Shown here: positions 30,955-41,920 of the stretch, piece by piece | Position numbering within the stretch: the stretch's first letter is position 1 | How the letters are laid out: every line of letters begins with the position of its first letter | Origin: an uncultured Candidatus Binatia bacterium | Lineage (GTDB): Bacteria > Desulfobacterota > Binatia > UBA9968 > JAJDTQ01 | DNA: 64,000 bases | NCBI GenBank assembly: GCA_964291295.2 | Contig: OZ219754.1 | Coordinates: 3,328,001 to 3,392,000, forward strand | Reading direction: 5' to 3' | Made by a program: the position numbers and the translations under genes | The notes under the pieces: model-generated | Seen by the model: only the letters and a program-made list of their open reading frames with translations | Databases searched by the model: none | What the model was told of the DNA's origin: nothing

Positions 30955-32790
30955 ATGTACGCTCCCATCGAGAACTACGGGGTCATCGGCGACCTTCACA
31001 CCGTCGCCCTGGTAGGCAACAACGGCTCCATCGACTGGCTCTGCTACCCGCGCTTCGACTCACCCAGCATCTTCGCCGCGGTGCTCGACGACGCCAGGGG
31101 CGGGCGTTTCGTCATCGGCTCCGACACGGACAATGTCACCTGCCGCCAATTGTACCTGCCGGACACCAACATCCTGATCACGCGCTTCATGACCGAGGAA
31201 GGCGTCAGCGAGGTCATGGACTTCATGGTCCCGGGGCCGGCCGACGAGAACTACCACGGCCGCATCGTGCGTATCGCCAAGGTCGTGCGCGGCACCATGT
31301 CGCTCAGGCTCCAGTGCAGTCCGGCATTCGACTACGGACGCGCGGCGCACACGGTGGAGGTTCGCGGCAACCGGGCCGTGTTCCGGAGCGGCGGGCTCGG
31401 CTGCCTGCTGCACGTGTCCCAGCGGGGCCGGCACGCCGCCGTGTCCATCGCTCCCGACGGCAACGGCGGCGTGCTGGCCCGGGGAACCCTGCGCGAGAAC
31501 AGCGTGCTGGCGGCGGTGTTCCAGGGTGTCACCGCCGGCGGCGACGATGCGTGTCCGGATGTGGAGGGCTGTCTCGCTCTGCTGGAAGACACCGAACGGT
31601 ACTGGCATCAGTGGCTCCGGCAGTCCCGCTACACCGGCCGCTGGCGCGAGATGGTGGACCGCTCGGCCCTGGTGCTGAAGCTCCTGTGCTACGAGCCGTC
31701 CGGCGCCATCGTGGCGGCGCCCACCTGCAGCCTGCCGGAGGACATCGGCGGGGTGCGCAACTGGGACTACCGCTACACCTGGATCCGCGACGCCAGCTTC
31801 AGCCTCTACGGCCTCATGCGGCTGGGCTTCACCTATGAAGCCGGCCGGTTCATGGACTGGCTCAAGGAGCGCTGCGGCGACCTGAAACCCGACGGCTCGC
31901 TGCAGATCATGTACGGCATCCGCGGCGAGAAACACATCCCGGAGACCACCCTCGACCACTGGGAGGGCTATCGGAAGTCCGCTCCGGTGCGCATCGGCAA
32001 CGCCGCCGCCGACCAGCTCCAGCTCGACATCTACGGCGAGATGATGGACTCGGTCTACCTCTTCAACAAGTACGGCACCCCCATCGACTCGGAACTGTGG
32101 AACAACCTCTCGCGCCTGATGGAATGGGTCTGCGACCATTGGGATCAACCGGACGAAGGCATCTGGGAAGTCCGGGGCGGGCGTCAGCACTTCGTCTACT
32201 CCAAGCTCATGTGCTGGGTCGCCCTGGACCGGGGCGTGCGCCTGGCGGAGAAGCGCTCCTTTCCGGCCAACCGCGAGCGCTGGCTTCGGAACCGGGACGC
32301 CATCTACCAGCGGATCATGGCCGACGGGTTCAACACCCGGCGGAACGCTTTCGTGCAGGCCTTTGGCAGCGACACGCTGGATGCCAGCAACCTGCTCATG
32401 CCGCTGGTGTTCTTCGTCTCCCCCACCGATTCCAAGATGCTCTCGACCCTGGACGCCATCAACTGTCCGCCTCACCAGGGCGGGCTGGTGTCGGACAGCC
32501 TGGTCTACCGTTATGACGTAGCCCGGACGGACGACGGGCTGGCGGGCGAGGAGGGCACTTTCAGCATGTGCACGTTCTGGCTGGTGGAGGCCCTGACCCG
32601 CGCCGGGCGCCTCGGCAACGCCCGCTTCATCTTCGAGAAGATGCTGAGCTACGCGAACCATCTGGGGCTCTATTCCGAGGAAACCGGCCCCCGGGGCGAA
32701 TCCCTGGGCAACTTCCCCCAGGCCTTCACACACCTGGGGCTGATCAGCGCCGCGTTCAACCTGGACCGCAAGCTGGGATCAAGGGAATGA
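30955..32790 (+). CDS. Glycoside hydrolase family 15 (trehalase/glucoamylase-like)
   Basis: [59 protein letters not shown]. Confidence 0.93.
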   Translation: MYAPIENYGVIGDLHTVALVGNNGSIDWLCYPRFDSPSIFAAVLDDARGGRFVIGSDTDNVTCRQLYLPDTNILITRFMTEEGVSEVMDFMVPGPADENYHGRIVRIAKVVRGTMSLRLQCSPAFDYGRAAHTVEVRGNRAVFRSGGLGCLLHVSQRGRHAAVSIAPDGNGGVLARGTLRENSVLAAVFQGVTAGGDDACPDVEGCLALLEDTERYWHQWLRQSRYTGRWREMVDRSALVLKLLCYEPSGAIVAAPTCSLPEDIGGVRNWDYRYTWIRDASFSLYGLMRLGFTYEAGRFMDWLKERCGDLKPDGSLQIMYGIRGEKHIPETTLDHWEGYRKSAPVRIGNAAADQLQLDIYGEMMDSVYLFNKYGTPIDSELWNNLSRLMEWVCDHWDQPDEGIWEVRGGRQHFVYSKLMCWVALDRGVRLAEKRSFPANRERWLRNRDAIYQRIMADGFNTRRNAFVQAFGSDTLDASNLLMPLVFFVSPTDSKMLSTLDAINCPPHQGGLVSDSLVYRYDVARTDDGLAGEEGTFSMCTFWLVEALTRAGRLGNARFIFEKMLSYANHLGLYSEETGPRGESLGNFPQAFTHLGLISAAFNLDRKLGSRE

Positions 32791-32907
32791 CGCGCCGCGG
32801 AGGTTTGGCACCGGGCGGACCGGCGTGCGCCGGCCCCTGGACTGGACACGGACAGACGGGGCCGTGGCGCACGCGGCCCCGAGCCCACCCGGAAATGGAG
32901 GACGCCC

Positions 32908-34005
32908 ATGTTCACAAGGATGCTCGCAGCATTGGTCATGACAGCGCTTGCCTTTCCCGCCTTCGCGGAGGAGAAGGTCTCGCCCGCGCTTCAGAAGGTC
33001 ATCGACGCCGCCAGGGAGGAAGGCGAACTCAAGATCCAGTGGACCTCCGGACGACTCGGAGGCGACGCCGGCGTGCGCAAGATGGTGGCCGCCATGAACA
33101 AGCGCTACGGAACCGATCTCAGGTTCCGTTTCACCCCGGGACCCAGCTTCCCGCGCATGACCGCCAAGCTGCTGCAGGAGCACGCCGCCGGTCAGCGGGC
33201 CAGCAGCGACATCCATCTCGGCACCTCGAATCACATCTCCCAGGGCACGGCCAAGGGCATGCTCACGGAACTGGACTGGGAAGGTTTGCTGGAGCGCCCC
33301 AACCCCGGGGACGCCAACATCAGCCGGACCGCCCCCAACGGTGCGGCGGTGGCCATCGCGTCGCGCGTGGTGGGCATCTCGTACAACGCGCGGCTGGTCA
33401 AGGGCGATGACGTTCCCAAGAGCATGGAGGACGTCTTCAACCCGAAATTCAAGGGCAAGATCGCTTCCACGCCCTACGCCACCGGACTCTACCAGTTCGC
33501 CGCGGACGACATGCTCGGGCGCGAACGCATGACCGACTACACCAGACGCCTCGCCGCGCACATCGGCGGACTGATGAGCTGCAATTCGATGGACCGCGTC
33601 GCCAGCGGCGAGTTCCTGATGCTGGTGTTCGACTGCGGCCACGACGACGCCCTGCGCATGACCCGCAAGGGCGCGCCGGTGAAGCAGGCCACCATCAAGG
33701 AGATCGCGCGGGTCAACGTCATGTACTTCGGCGTACCCAGACACGCGCAGCACCCCAACGCCGCCATCCTGTTCACCAACTTCATGAACACGGCGGAAGG
33801 CCAGAAGCTCCAGTGGGACCTGGGCGGTCATGACCTGCACATCTACCCGGAGGCGCATACGCGCGCGCCGGTGATGGCGATCGTCAAGAGCGGCGGCCTG
33901 CTCTTCATCGACACGGTGGAGCGCAACAACCGGCGCGACCCCAAGGAGTTGCGGAAGATCCAGGCGGAGTTCCGCAAGATCCTGAAGGACGGCGGAAAGT
34001 CCTGA
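32908..34005 (+). CDS. ABC transporter substrate-binding protein (AfuA/iron-type fold)
   Basis: Signal peptide; AAREEGEL; FKGKI; AQHPNAAILF; followed by permease and ATPase genes. Confidence 0.8.
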   Translation: MFTRMLAALVMTALAFPAFAEEKVSPALQKVIDAAREEGELKIQWTSGRLGGDAGVRKMVAAMNKRYGTDLRFRFTPGPSFPRMTAKLLQEHAAGQRASSDIHLGTSNHISQGTAKGMLTELDWEGLLERPNPGDANISRTAPNGAAVAIASRVVGISYNARLVKGDDVPKSMEDVFNPKFKGKIASTPYATGLYQFAADDMLGRERMTDYTRRLAAHIGGLMSCNSMDRVASGEFLMLVFDCGHDDALRMTRKGAPVKQATIKEIARVNVMYFGVPRHAQHPNAAILFTNFMNTAEGQKLQWDLGGHDLHIYPEAHTRAPVMAIVKSGGLLFIDTVERNNRRDPKELRKIQAEFRKILKDGGKS

Positions 34006-34139
34006 GGGACGGCAGGAAGCCGCCAGCGCTTCGACGGGCTCCGGGCGGCCTTCGGTCTCCCGGAGCGGTTCGGGGCATGCCCTGAACCGCTTCGCAGCTG
34101 ACGGACCGTTCACCCCCGCCGCGAGAAAGGCCCACAGCC

Positions 34140-35852
34140 TTGCGCCTGCCGCGTCTTGACTCACCGGTTTCCCCGCTGCTGCCGGTGGCGCTGGTGCCCA
34201 TGGCGCTGGTGGCGATGTTCATCCTGGTGATCGTCTGGGTGAGCGTCCAGACCGGCACCTTGGGCACCGTCCACTCCGAATACACCCTCGAGAACTACCG
34301 CGATGTACTCGGGGACACCGCCATCTACGGGGTGGTGTGGAACACCCTGTGGTTCGCCTGCGCCACGGTGTGCTTCGCGCTGATCATCGGTCTTCCCGTC
34401 GCCTGGCTGACCGAGCGCACCACCATCCCGGGCAAGCCCGTCATCTACGTCATCATGACCCTGGGGCTGCTGATCCCGGGCATCTTCGTGGCCATGGGAT
34501 GGACCTTCATCGCCCATCCGCGCATCGGCTTCATCAACCGCTGGCTGGTGGACCTGCTGGCACTGGACAGCGGCCCCGTGAACATCGCCACGCCTCTGGG
34601 CATGGGCTTCGTGCAGGGGCTCAACCTGGCGCCGCTGGCGTTCATCCTCACGACGCAGATGTTCCGGGCCATGAATCCGATGCTGGAGGAGGCGGCGCGC
34701 ACCGCGGGCCTGAGCGCGGCCGCCACCCTGCGCCGGGTGACGCTTCCTTTGGCCATGCCCGCCATCCTGGCCGCGGTCATCTACATCTTCATCGTGGGCA
34801 TCGCCACCTTCGACGTGCCCGCGGTCATCGGACTCGGCAACCGCGTCTACCTGTTCAGCACCTACCTGTTCACGCTGACGTTTCCCGAGGACATGGAACC
34901 CCGCTACGGCATCACCGGCGCGGTGGGAGTGTTCATGATCGTGCTGGCACTGGCGCTCACCGCCTGGTACGGCGGCGTGCTGCGGCGCGGCAACCGTTAC
35001 CAGGTCATCACCGGCAAGGGCTACCGTCCCAGGATGCTGGACCTGGGCGGGTGGAACTGGGCGGCGTGGGCGATGATCGGCCTCTATGCCATCATCTCCA
35101 AGCTCGTGCCCATCGGACTCGTGGGCTTCATTGCCTTCGCCCCCTACGTCGCACCGCCGTCCCTGGAGATGTGGGAACAGCTCTCCCTCGACAACTTCCA
35201 CAACGTCAACTGGGAGCTGGTGTGGCGCGGCATGAAGCATACGCTCATCCTGATGTGCGTGGTGCCGCTGCTGGTGCTGGTGTGCGCCTTCGCCATCTCC
35301 TGGCTGGTGGTGCGCACCCGCAGCCGCGGGCGCTACCTCCTGGAGTTCGGCGCGTTCCTGCCGCACACGGTGCCGGAGCTGCTGTTCGCCATCGGCGCGC
35401 TGCTGGTGGCGCTGTTCGTGCTGAGGGATTACGTGCCCCTGTACGGCACCGTGTGGCTCATCGCGCTGGTGTACCTCATCACCCGCCTGCCCTTTGCCAC
35501 GCGCGCCCTCAACGGCGCGCTGCTGCAGGTGCACAAGGAACTGGAAGAGGCCGCCTGCGTCTCCGGTCTCACCATGCTGCGCACCAGCCGCCGCGTGTTG
35601 CTGCCGCTGCTGCGCCCCACGCTCATGTCCGTGTGGATCTGGACCGCGCTGCTGGTCTACCGCGAGGTCACCGTGGCCGTGTTCCTCGCCACCGAGAGCA
35701 ACATCACGCTGACCGCGGTGGTGTGGAGCTACTGGGCGGCCGCGGGCATGACCGAGGCGTCGGTGGTGACCACCCTGATGATCCTGTTCTTCTCGCCGTT
35801 GCTGCTGCTGTTCTGGATCTTCGGCCGGCGCAGCGCCCTGGCGGAACAGTGA
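34140..35852 (+). CDS. ABC transporter permease (two fused modules, FbpB-like)
   Basis: About 12 TM helices; two EAA motifs (LEEAARTAG, LEEAACVSG). Confidence 0.9.
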   Translation: MRLPRLDSPVSPLLPVALVPMALVAMFILVIVWVSVQTGTLGTVHSEYTLENYRDVLGDTAIYGVVWNTLWFACATVCFALIIGLPVAWLTERTTIPGKPVIYVIMTLGLLIPGIFVAMGWTFIAHPRIGFINRWLVDLLALDSGPVNIATPLGMGFVQGLNLAPLAFILTTQMFRAMNPMLEEAARTAGLSAAATLRRVTLPLAMPAILAAVIYIFIVGIATFDVPAVIGLGNRVYLFSTYLFTLTFPEDMEPRYGITGAVGVFMIVLALALTAWYGGVLRRGNRYQVITGKGYRPRMLDLGGWNWAAWAMIGLYAIISKLVPIGLVGFIAFAPYVAPPSLEMWEQLSLDNFHNVNWELVWRGMKHTLILMCVVPLLVLVCAFAISWLVVRTRSRGRYLLEFGAFLPHTVPELLFAIGALLVALFVLRDYVPLYGTVWLIALVYLITRLPFATRALNGALLQVHKELEEAACVSGLTMLRTSRRVLLPLLRPTLMSVWIWTALLVYREVTVAVFLATESNITLTAVVWSYWAAAGMTEASVVTTLMILFFSPLLLLFWIFGRRSALAEQ

Positions 35853-35930
35853 GGCGATGGCTGGAGCCGCAGGCCCTGACCTGACCCGGCGCCCGCGCAC
35901 CCGCTCCCTCGGGAGCCGGAGACCCTGCTC

Positions 35931-37004
35931 ATGATCCGCATTCGCAAGCTGGAAAAGATATTCGACTCGGCCCGCGGACCGGTGCGCGCCGTTGGCGGTA
36001 TCGACCTGGAGGTGGCCCAGGGGGAGTTCATGGTGCTCCTGGGGCCCAGCGGCTGCGGCAAGACCACCACCCTGCGCTGCGTGGCCGGCCTTGAGCGCCC
36101 CGACGGCGGCGCCATCGAGATCGACGGCGCGCTGGTGGACAGCGCCGCGGGGGGGACGTACGTGCCGCCCGAGCGCCGCGACATCGGCATGGTGTTCCAG
36201 AGCTATGCCGTGTGGCCGCACCTGAACGTCTACCAGAACGTGGCCCTGCCGCTCACCGAAGGGCAGCAGCGCCTCCCGCGCCCGGCGGTGCGGGACCGGG
36301 CGCGGGAGGCGCTGCGGCTGGTGCGGCTGGAAGGGCTGGAGGAACGCCCGGTCACGGACCTCAGCGGTGGACAGCAGCAGCGCGTGGCGCTGGCCCGGGC
36401 CGTGGTGACCCGGCCCAAGGTGCTGCTCATGGATGAACCCCTGAGCAACCTCGACGCGCGCCTGCGCGACCAGATGCGCGACGAACTGCGGCGTATCGCC
36501 GAGTCCGTCCATGTCACGTCCCTCTACGTCACTCACGATCAGGCCGAGGCCCTGAGTCTGGGCGACCGCGTGTGCGTCATGAACGAGGGCGAGATCCTTC
36601 AATTGGGCACGCCCAAGCAGGTCTATTCCGAGCCCCCCAACCTCTTCGTTGCGCGCTTCGTCGGCGAGATGAACTTCCTGCCGGCCAAGGTCATGGACGC
36701 CGGTCGGGTGGAATCCGGCCTGGGCGCCATCGACTGCGCGGTGCCGCCGGGATGCGCACCGGGTGCCGCGGTCACCCTGGGCATCCGCCCCGAACACATC
36801 GGTATCGCGGCGGGCGAGGCGCCCGCGGGTCTGCGCGGCCAGGTGCGGCGTCAGACCTACCTGGGCGACGCGCTCCACTGCCAGGTGCAGGTGGGGCAGG
36901 TCGAGTTGACGGTCAAGGCGGCAGGCAGCGCCGAGTATACCCGCGGCGAGACGGTGACCGTCTCACTGCCCGAGAAGGGCTGGCACGTATTCCCTGAAAC
37001 GTAA
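35931..37004 (+). CDS. ABC transporter ATP-binding protein
   Basis: GPSGCGKT, LSGGQQQR, LLMDEP, YVTHDQ; TOBE-like tail. Confidence 0.95.
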   Translation: MIRIRKLEKIFDSARGPVRAVGGIDLEVAQGEFMVLLGPSGCGKTTTLRCVAGLERPDGGAIEIDGALVDSAAGGTYVPPERRDIGMVFQSYAVWPHLNVYQNVALPLTEGQQRLPRPAVRDRAREALRLVRLEGLEERPVTDLSGGQQQRVALARAVVTRPKVLLMDEPLSNLDARLRDQMRDELRRIAESVHVTSLYVTHDQAEALSLGDRVCVMNEGEILQLGTPKQVYSEPPNLFVARFVGEMNFLPAKVMDAGRVESGLGAIDCAVPPGCAPGAAVTLGIRPEHIGIAAGEAPAGLRGQVRRQTYLGDALHCQVQVGQVELTVKAAGSAEYTRGETVTVSLPEKGWHVFPET

Positions 37005-37126
37005 CCCGCGCCGTGGCCGCGAGCCGGCTCGCCAGGAGCGCTGCCCGTCCGTTCCACCATGGTGGGGCGGCACCGGCGTCGCCCCACCGGGCGGGCGCTG
37101 CCGCACGGCCCGGGAAAGGAGACCCC

Positions 37127-38065
37127 ATGGCCCTGATCATCAGTGCCGAACAGACCCGCGAACTCGTGGACATGACGACATGCATGCGCCTCCTCGACCG
37201 GATGTTTCGCGACCGGGCTGCGGAGCGCGTGCGCATCGTGCCGCGGCGGCGGCTCCAGGGAAGCGCCCGGCAACTCAACGTGATGGCGGCCTGGCACCAG
37301 GGCTCGGATCTGATGGCGCTGCGCGCCTACGTGGCCAAGGCCAATACCATCACCCTGTACGACGGCGCCTCCGGCAATCTCAGGGCCATCATGAGCGCCG
37401 CCTGGCTGAGCAGCCTGCGCACGGGCGGTGCCACCGGCGTCGCGGCGAAATACCTGGCGCCGTCAAGGCCGTCGGTGCTGGGGCTCATCGGCCCCGGATG
37501 GCAGGGCACGTTCCAGGTGGAAGCCGTGGTCAAGGCCTGCCGGCCGAAGCAGGTGCTGGTGTTCGGCCGCAACGCCGAGCGGCGCAAGGGCTTCATCGAG
37601 GCCATGCGCAAGGTGGTGCGCACGCCCTTCCGGGTGGCGGCCTCCGTGGACCAGGTCGAGAGCGAGTCCGATATCCTGATCCTGTCCACCGACTCCACCT
37701 CGCCCATCGTGGACGGCCGGAAGCTCAAGGACGACGTGCTGGTGGCCAGCATCGGCGCCAATCAGCCCGTCAAGCACGAAGTGTCCGGAAGGCTCATCCG
37801 GTCCATGGACCTGGTGGTCACCGACGACCTCGCCACCGCACGGAACGACAGCGGCGACCTGATCGATGCCTGCGCCCGCCGGCAACTGCGCTGGCGCGAC
37901 GTGGTACCGCTGGAGCACATCGTCGCCCGCGGCGTCCAGGGCAAACCTCGCAAGGTCCTGTTCCAGTCCAACGGCATACCGGACGAGGACCTGGCGGTGG
38001 GCACCCACGTCCTGCGGCAGGCCCTGCGGAAAAAGATGCGGCTGCGGGAGATAGCGGAGTTCTAA
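37127..38065 (+). CDS. Ornithine cyclodeaminase/mu-crystallin family protein
   Basis: LSSLRTGGATGVAAKYLA, LIGPGWQG, ASIGAN...HE, VLFQSNG...DL. Confidence 0.85.
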   Translation: MALIISAEQTRELVDMTTCMRLLDRMFRDRAAERVRIVPRRRLQGSARQLNVMAAWHQGSDLMALRAYVAKANTITLYDGASGNLRAIMSAAWLSSLRTGGATGVAAKYLAPSRPSVLGLIGPGWQGTFQVEAVVKACRPKQVLVFGRNAERRKGFIEAMRKVVRTPFRVAASVDQVESESDILILSTDSTSPIVDGRKLKDDVLVASIGANQPVKHEVSGRLIRSMDLVVTDDLATARNDSGDLIDACARRQLRWRDVVPLEHIVARGVQGKPRKVLFQSNGIPDEDLAVGTHVLRQALRKKMRLREIAEF

Positions 38066-38216
38066 CCCAACCTTGCCGCCTCTGGAGTCGTGGCAGGGCA
38101 GGAATCCAGAAATCAGCATTGATATATCGTGAGCATGTCGTCGGGCGGGCCAATGTAGTGCCATAAAGTGCAAATTGGGTATCGCTGAGGGTGGCGCGCC
38201 ATGCTGCCATCCTCCC

Positions 38217-39999
38217 ATGTTCATCCGCCACACCCCTACTCGCAGTAGCAGCGAACCTTGCGTCACCCACCGCCCGGTGCGCTCCGAACGCGACGGTTCA
38301 AAGGTGCGTCAACGCAATCTGCTCAATCTCGGGCGGCACTTCGACGTGGCTCCACAGGAGTGGCCCGTGCTGTGCCGGCGCATTCAGGAGATGCTTGCCG
38401 GCCAACTTCCCCTGTCTCCGGGCTGCCCCCCGACACTCGAAAACCACGCCCAGCGCATCACCGCCCAACTCCTCGACCGTGAGCGCGTCGGCACCGCGAC
38501 CGCGTCCACAAGCCAAGAGGGCAATCTCCAAAGCGTCGATGTCGACCCCCTGGAGTTGGTTCGACCACGCTCGGTGGGCGTCGAGCACGTGGGCCATGGA
38601 CCAACTCGGCCTGCGCACCCTGCTCGACCAACTCGGCCTCGGCGCGTCGATGCACGCAGCCGCCATCGGCTCGATCATCGCGCGTATGGCGCAGAGCGCG
38701 CCACCCGGCGCTGGCTTGGCGACCGCAGCACCCTGGGTGAACTGCTCGGGGTGGAGTTCGCCACCATGGGACCGATGCGGCTGTATCGCGCCTCCGATGC
38801 CCTGATGGCCCACCGCGACGTCATCGAAAAGCATCTGTTCGACCGGGCCATGGACCTGTTCGAGATCGAACCCACCGTCACGCTCCATGATCTGACCACT
38901 CTATTCTTCGAGGGCAAGGCGCCCCTCCAACCGAAGGCCCTGCGCGGCCACTCCAAGGACAAGCGCACCGATTGCCCGCTGCTCACCCTGGGGCTCGTGC
39001 TCGACTCCGGCGGCTTCGTGCGCCGCTCCCAGGTCTTCGCCGGCAACGTCCGCGAGCACCACACCCTGGCCCGGATGCTGGATGCGCTCAACGCCCCGCG
39101 CTCCGCCCTGGTGGTGATGGACCGGGGCTTCACCACCGAAGAGCGCCTGCAGTGGCTGCACCAGCAGAGATACCCCTGCCTGGTGGTCAGCCGTGAACGC
39201 AACCGGCACTTCAACCCCCAAGCGGCACAGCGCCTCAAGACCGCTTCCAGGCATGGCGTGCAATTGCACAAGGCCTTGTCCCAGGAGGCCAGGAGGTGCG
39301 CCTGTACTGCTTCTCCAAACAACGTGCCGCCAAGGAACGCGGCATCGTCGAGCGCTTCGCCCGGCGCTTCGAGAACGCCCTCAACAAGCTCTCCGAAGGT
39401 CTCTCCCGACCCCGCATCCAAAAACGTGTGGAGCAGGTCTGGCAACGTATCGGGCGGCTCAGGGAGAGCACTCGTGGCATCGCCCAGCACTACGACATCG
39501 CACGCGACACCGATGAGTCCGGACAACGCGCCACCGCCGTGCGCTTCACCCGCCGCCCTCTCCCCGGCTCGATGATGACCCATCCGGGCGTCTACTGCCT
39601 GTGCAGCAGCGAAACCCACTGGAAGGAAGAAACCCTGTGGCGTACCTGGTTCAGGCTCACCGACATCGAAGCCGTCTTCCGCTCCCTCAAATCTGAACTC
39701 GGCCTGCGCCCCGTCTACCACCACAAGCCGCTCCGCGCCGAAGGACATCTGGTTCATTACCGTGCTCGCCTGCCAACTCGTCCAGGTCATCCGTACTCGC
39801 CTGCGTCAATCGGACGAGCACGCCAGCTGGACCACACTACGCCGCGTCCTCCATGGACAACACCGCGTCACCACCACGTGCTGATGGGCGCACCCTGCAC
39901 GTGCGCAAGGCGACCCGCGCCGAACCAACCCAGCAGGCCATCTACAAAGCCCTGCGCATCAATCCCGCTCCCGGAGGAACTCGCAAAACCGTCGTGTAA
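38217..39999 (+). mobile_element. IS1634-family transposase pseudogene (several frameshifts)
   Basis: MFIR...KVRQRNLLNLG, RSVGVEHV, LYRASDAL, HDLTTLFFEG, GHSKDKRTDCPL, VMDRG, IEAVFRSLKSELGLRPVYH, spread across shifted frames. Confidence 0.88.
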
Positions 40000-40085
40000 C
40001 CAACCTTCAAACCTGTCCCCTTCCATATTCTGTCATGTGCTGCAGAGCTTGCATCTGAAACCGATACTACGACTAACCCGCAGGT

Positions 40086-40580
40086 TCACAAGCCGGAATA
40101 GGCGCGAAGCCTGGCGCGAACTTCTGTCCGGGGGAGCCGGCACCGAGGATGCGCGGCAATTCGCCGGAGCCCCTCGATCAAGGCGTCCTGGCCGAGGATT
40201 CGATGGCCTTGCAAGTGATCGAGCAGCCACAGGACACCGTGGCATTCGACATCTTCTTCGAGTGCCGCGGCGCGTAGCCGGGCGTCTCCGGAGAGCAGCG
40301 TCCATGAATATGTCTTGGCCAGGGAAAGCGCGAAGCTGTCGGGAAGCGAGAGGCTGCGGCGTATGCGACGGTACGCAAGGGCGAGGGCGACTGCGTTTCC
40401 GTCCAATTCTTCAACGCGGAGCCCCAAGTTGATGAGCATGGGGCCGCCGTGATCCTTGAGTTCGCGTTCATAGAGCAGGTCCGGCACGGCGAACTCGACC
40501 GGAAGACGAAAGACAGCTTCCAGGAACGAGCCGCGTTCAAGGTCGATGAGCACCGAGGTGTCGGAGACGAGCACCGGCAT
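40086..40580 (-). CDS. PIN-domain (DUF3368-like) putative RNase toxin
   Basis: VLVSDTSVLIDL, LSLPDSFAL, LLSGDARLR, HGVLWL; starts 5 bp after the XRE-ImmA stop. Confidence 0.8.
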   Translation of the reverse strand: MPVLVSDTSVLIDLERGSFLEAVFRLPVEFAVPDLLYERELKDHGGPMLINLGLRVEELDGNAVALALAYRRIRRSLSLPDSFALSLAKTYSWTLLSGDARLRAAALEEDVECHGVLWLLDHLQGHRILGQDALIEGLRRIAAHPRCRLPRTEVRARLRAYSGL

Positions 40581-40585
40581 GAAGG

Positions 40586-41674
40586 TCAAACACTGACGGG
40601 AGCGGCTTTCATGGTCGGTGGTTCGTCCATGAGCCGGACGAGCTCGTGGACCGAGTGTCCGAGCAGTTCGGCGGCCTTGGACTCCGAGATGGCACCTTCC
40701 GCCAAGGCGCGGAAGCATAGACGACCGAAACGCCTGGGCTCTTCGCCGTCCATCGCCCACGGCTCCCTGTAGGGTGGACTGCGCCAGCCGCGACGCTTGA
40801 ATTCGTTGAACAGGCGCTGGAACAGAGGGCTACCGAAGATCCCCAGATCCTTGCAGCGATAGGTGAGGGCCTGCACGCTGACCCCGAAAATCCGCTTGAG
40901 GTCGAACAGCTCGCTCCAGCCAATGGACTGGCGATGCCTGCCTACCTCGGCACGCAGCGTTTCGGCTGGCATGAGGAAGGCACCCGCAAATCGGTGAGCG
41001 GCCCTCTCGTCATCAATTTTCGGCGCGACGTTCAAAACCATGTGCCCGAGTTCGTGGGCGACGGTGAATCGCTGGCGCTCTCCCCAGTCCCGTCGATTGA
41101 CGACGATCACCGACGCGATGCTCCGGTCTTCACGGCGCACGCCGGCCGTGAGACCGTCCATGTTGGAAAGAGGCATCGAAAGAACCTTGATGCCGCGTTC
41201 CTCCAGAAGCTCGACCAGATTCGGTATTGGATCGAGTCCGAGTCCCCAGTGACCACGGAGGCCGTGCGCGGCCTGTTCCGCCTCCACCAAGTCGTGGAGC
41301 AAAGGCCAAGGGGCGTCGCGCGGCATGTCCCAAGCGACAGTATGCAGACCGAGAATTCCCTCCACCGTGAGATAGCGCTCCAGCAGATCGAGCACCTTGG
41401 CCTCGACCTGAGCTTCTTCGCGCTTGCTCGTCAGCCGCTTCCGTCGGAAGTCGACGTCTTCCAGGGCGATGACGCTGTCGCTGGCCAAGTAATCCACGGA
41501 TACGCCGAGAGCGCTCGCGAGCGCAATGAGGACACCCGAGCTCGGCATCGACTCATCGCGCTCGTACTTGCTGATCGCCTGCGCCGTGACGCGGTTGTCG
41601 ATTCTGGATTCAAGATCGCGGAGCGATAGACCTTCCGCACGCCGTGCTATCCTGATGCGTTGCCCTATTGACAT
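40586..41674 (-). CDS. XRE-family HTH fused to an ImmA/IrrE (Peptidase M78) metallopeptidase
   Basis: IGQRIRIARR..GLSLRDL...AISKYE; RQRFTVAHELGH; ERAAHRFAGAFLMP. Confidence 0.92.
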   Translation of the reverse strand: MSIGQRIRIARRAEGLSLRDLESRIDNRVTAQAISKYERDESMPSSGVLIALASALGVSVDYLASDSVIALEDVDFRRKRLTSKREEAQVEAKVLDLLERYLTVEGILGLHTVAWDMPRDAPWPLLHDLVEAEQAAHGLRGHWGLGLDPIPNLVELLEERGIKVLSMPLSNMDGLTAGVRREDRSIASVIVVNRRDWGERQRFTVAHELGHMVLNVAPKIDDERAAHRFAGAFLMPAETLRAEVGRHRQSIGWSELFDLKRIFGVSVQALTYRCKDLGIFGSPLFQRLFNEFKRRGWRSPPYREPWAMDGEEPRRFGRLCFRALAEGAISESKAAELLGHSVHELVRLMDEPPTMKAAPVSV

Positions 41675-41728
41675 TTTCTCCCACCTCGCATGGTTGACAT
41701 TCTCTCATCTATCGACAATACTTGTCAA
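41668..41728. promoter_or_regulatory. Divergent promoter/operator region
   Basis: Direct repeat TTGACATTyTCTC at 41668 and 41694; inverted TTGACA (41694)...TGTCAA (41723). Confidence 0.55.
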
Positions 41729-41920
41729 GCACAGAGGCTTGAAACGCCTCAGGGAAGGTCCGAACAAGGCGACGGAGCAACAGTGGCCTGCTTACAACCC
41801 ATTGGTTTTTCCTGATTCAGCCCCATCGAACTCGGGGGTGTCCAGACCTTCCTTAAGGGCGACTCGTGTCGTGGAACGCACCTGTTCTCGAATCTGTTCC
41901 GGTTATCGGAGGTTGAGACC

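Noticed and set aside
34006-34139. Rho-independent terminator within the ABC operon
   Set aside because: GC-rich hairpins are possible, but no U-tract follows; at most a REP-like stabilising structure.
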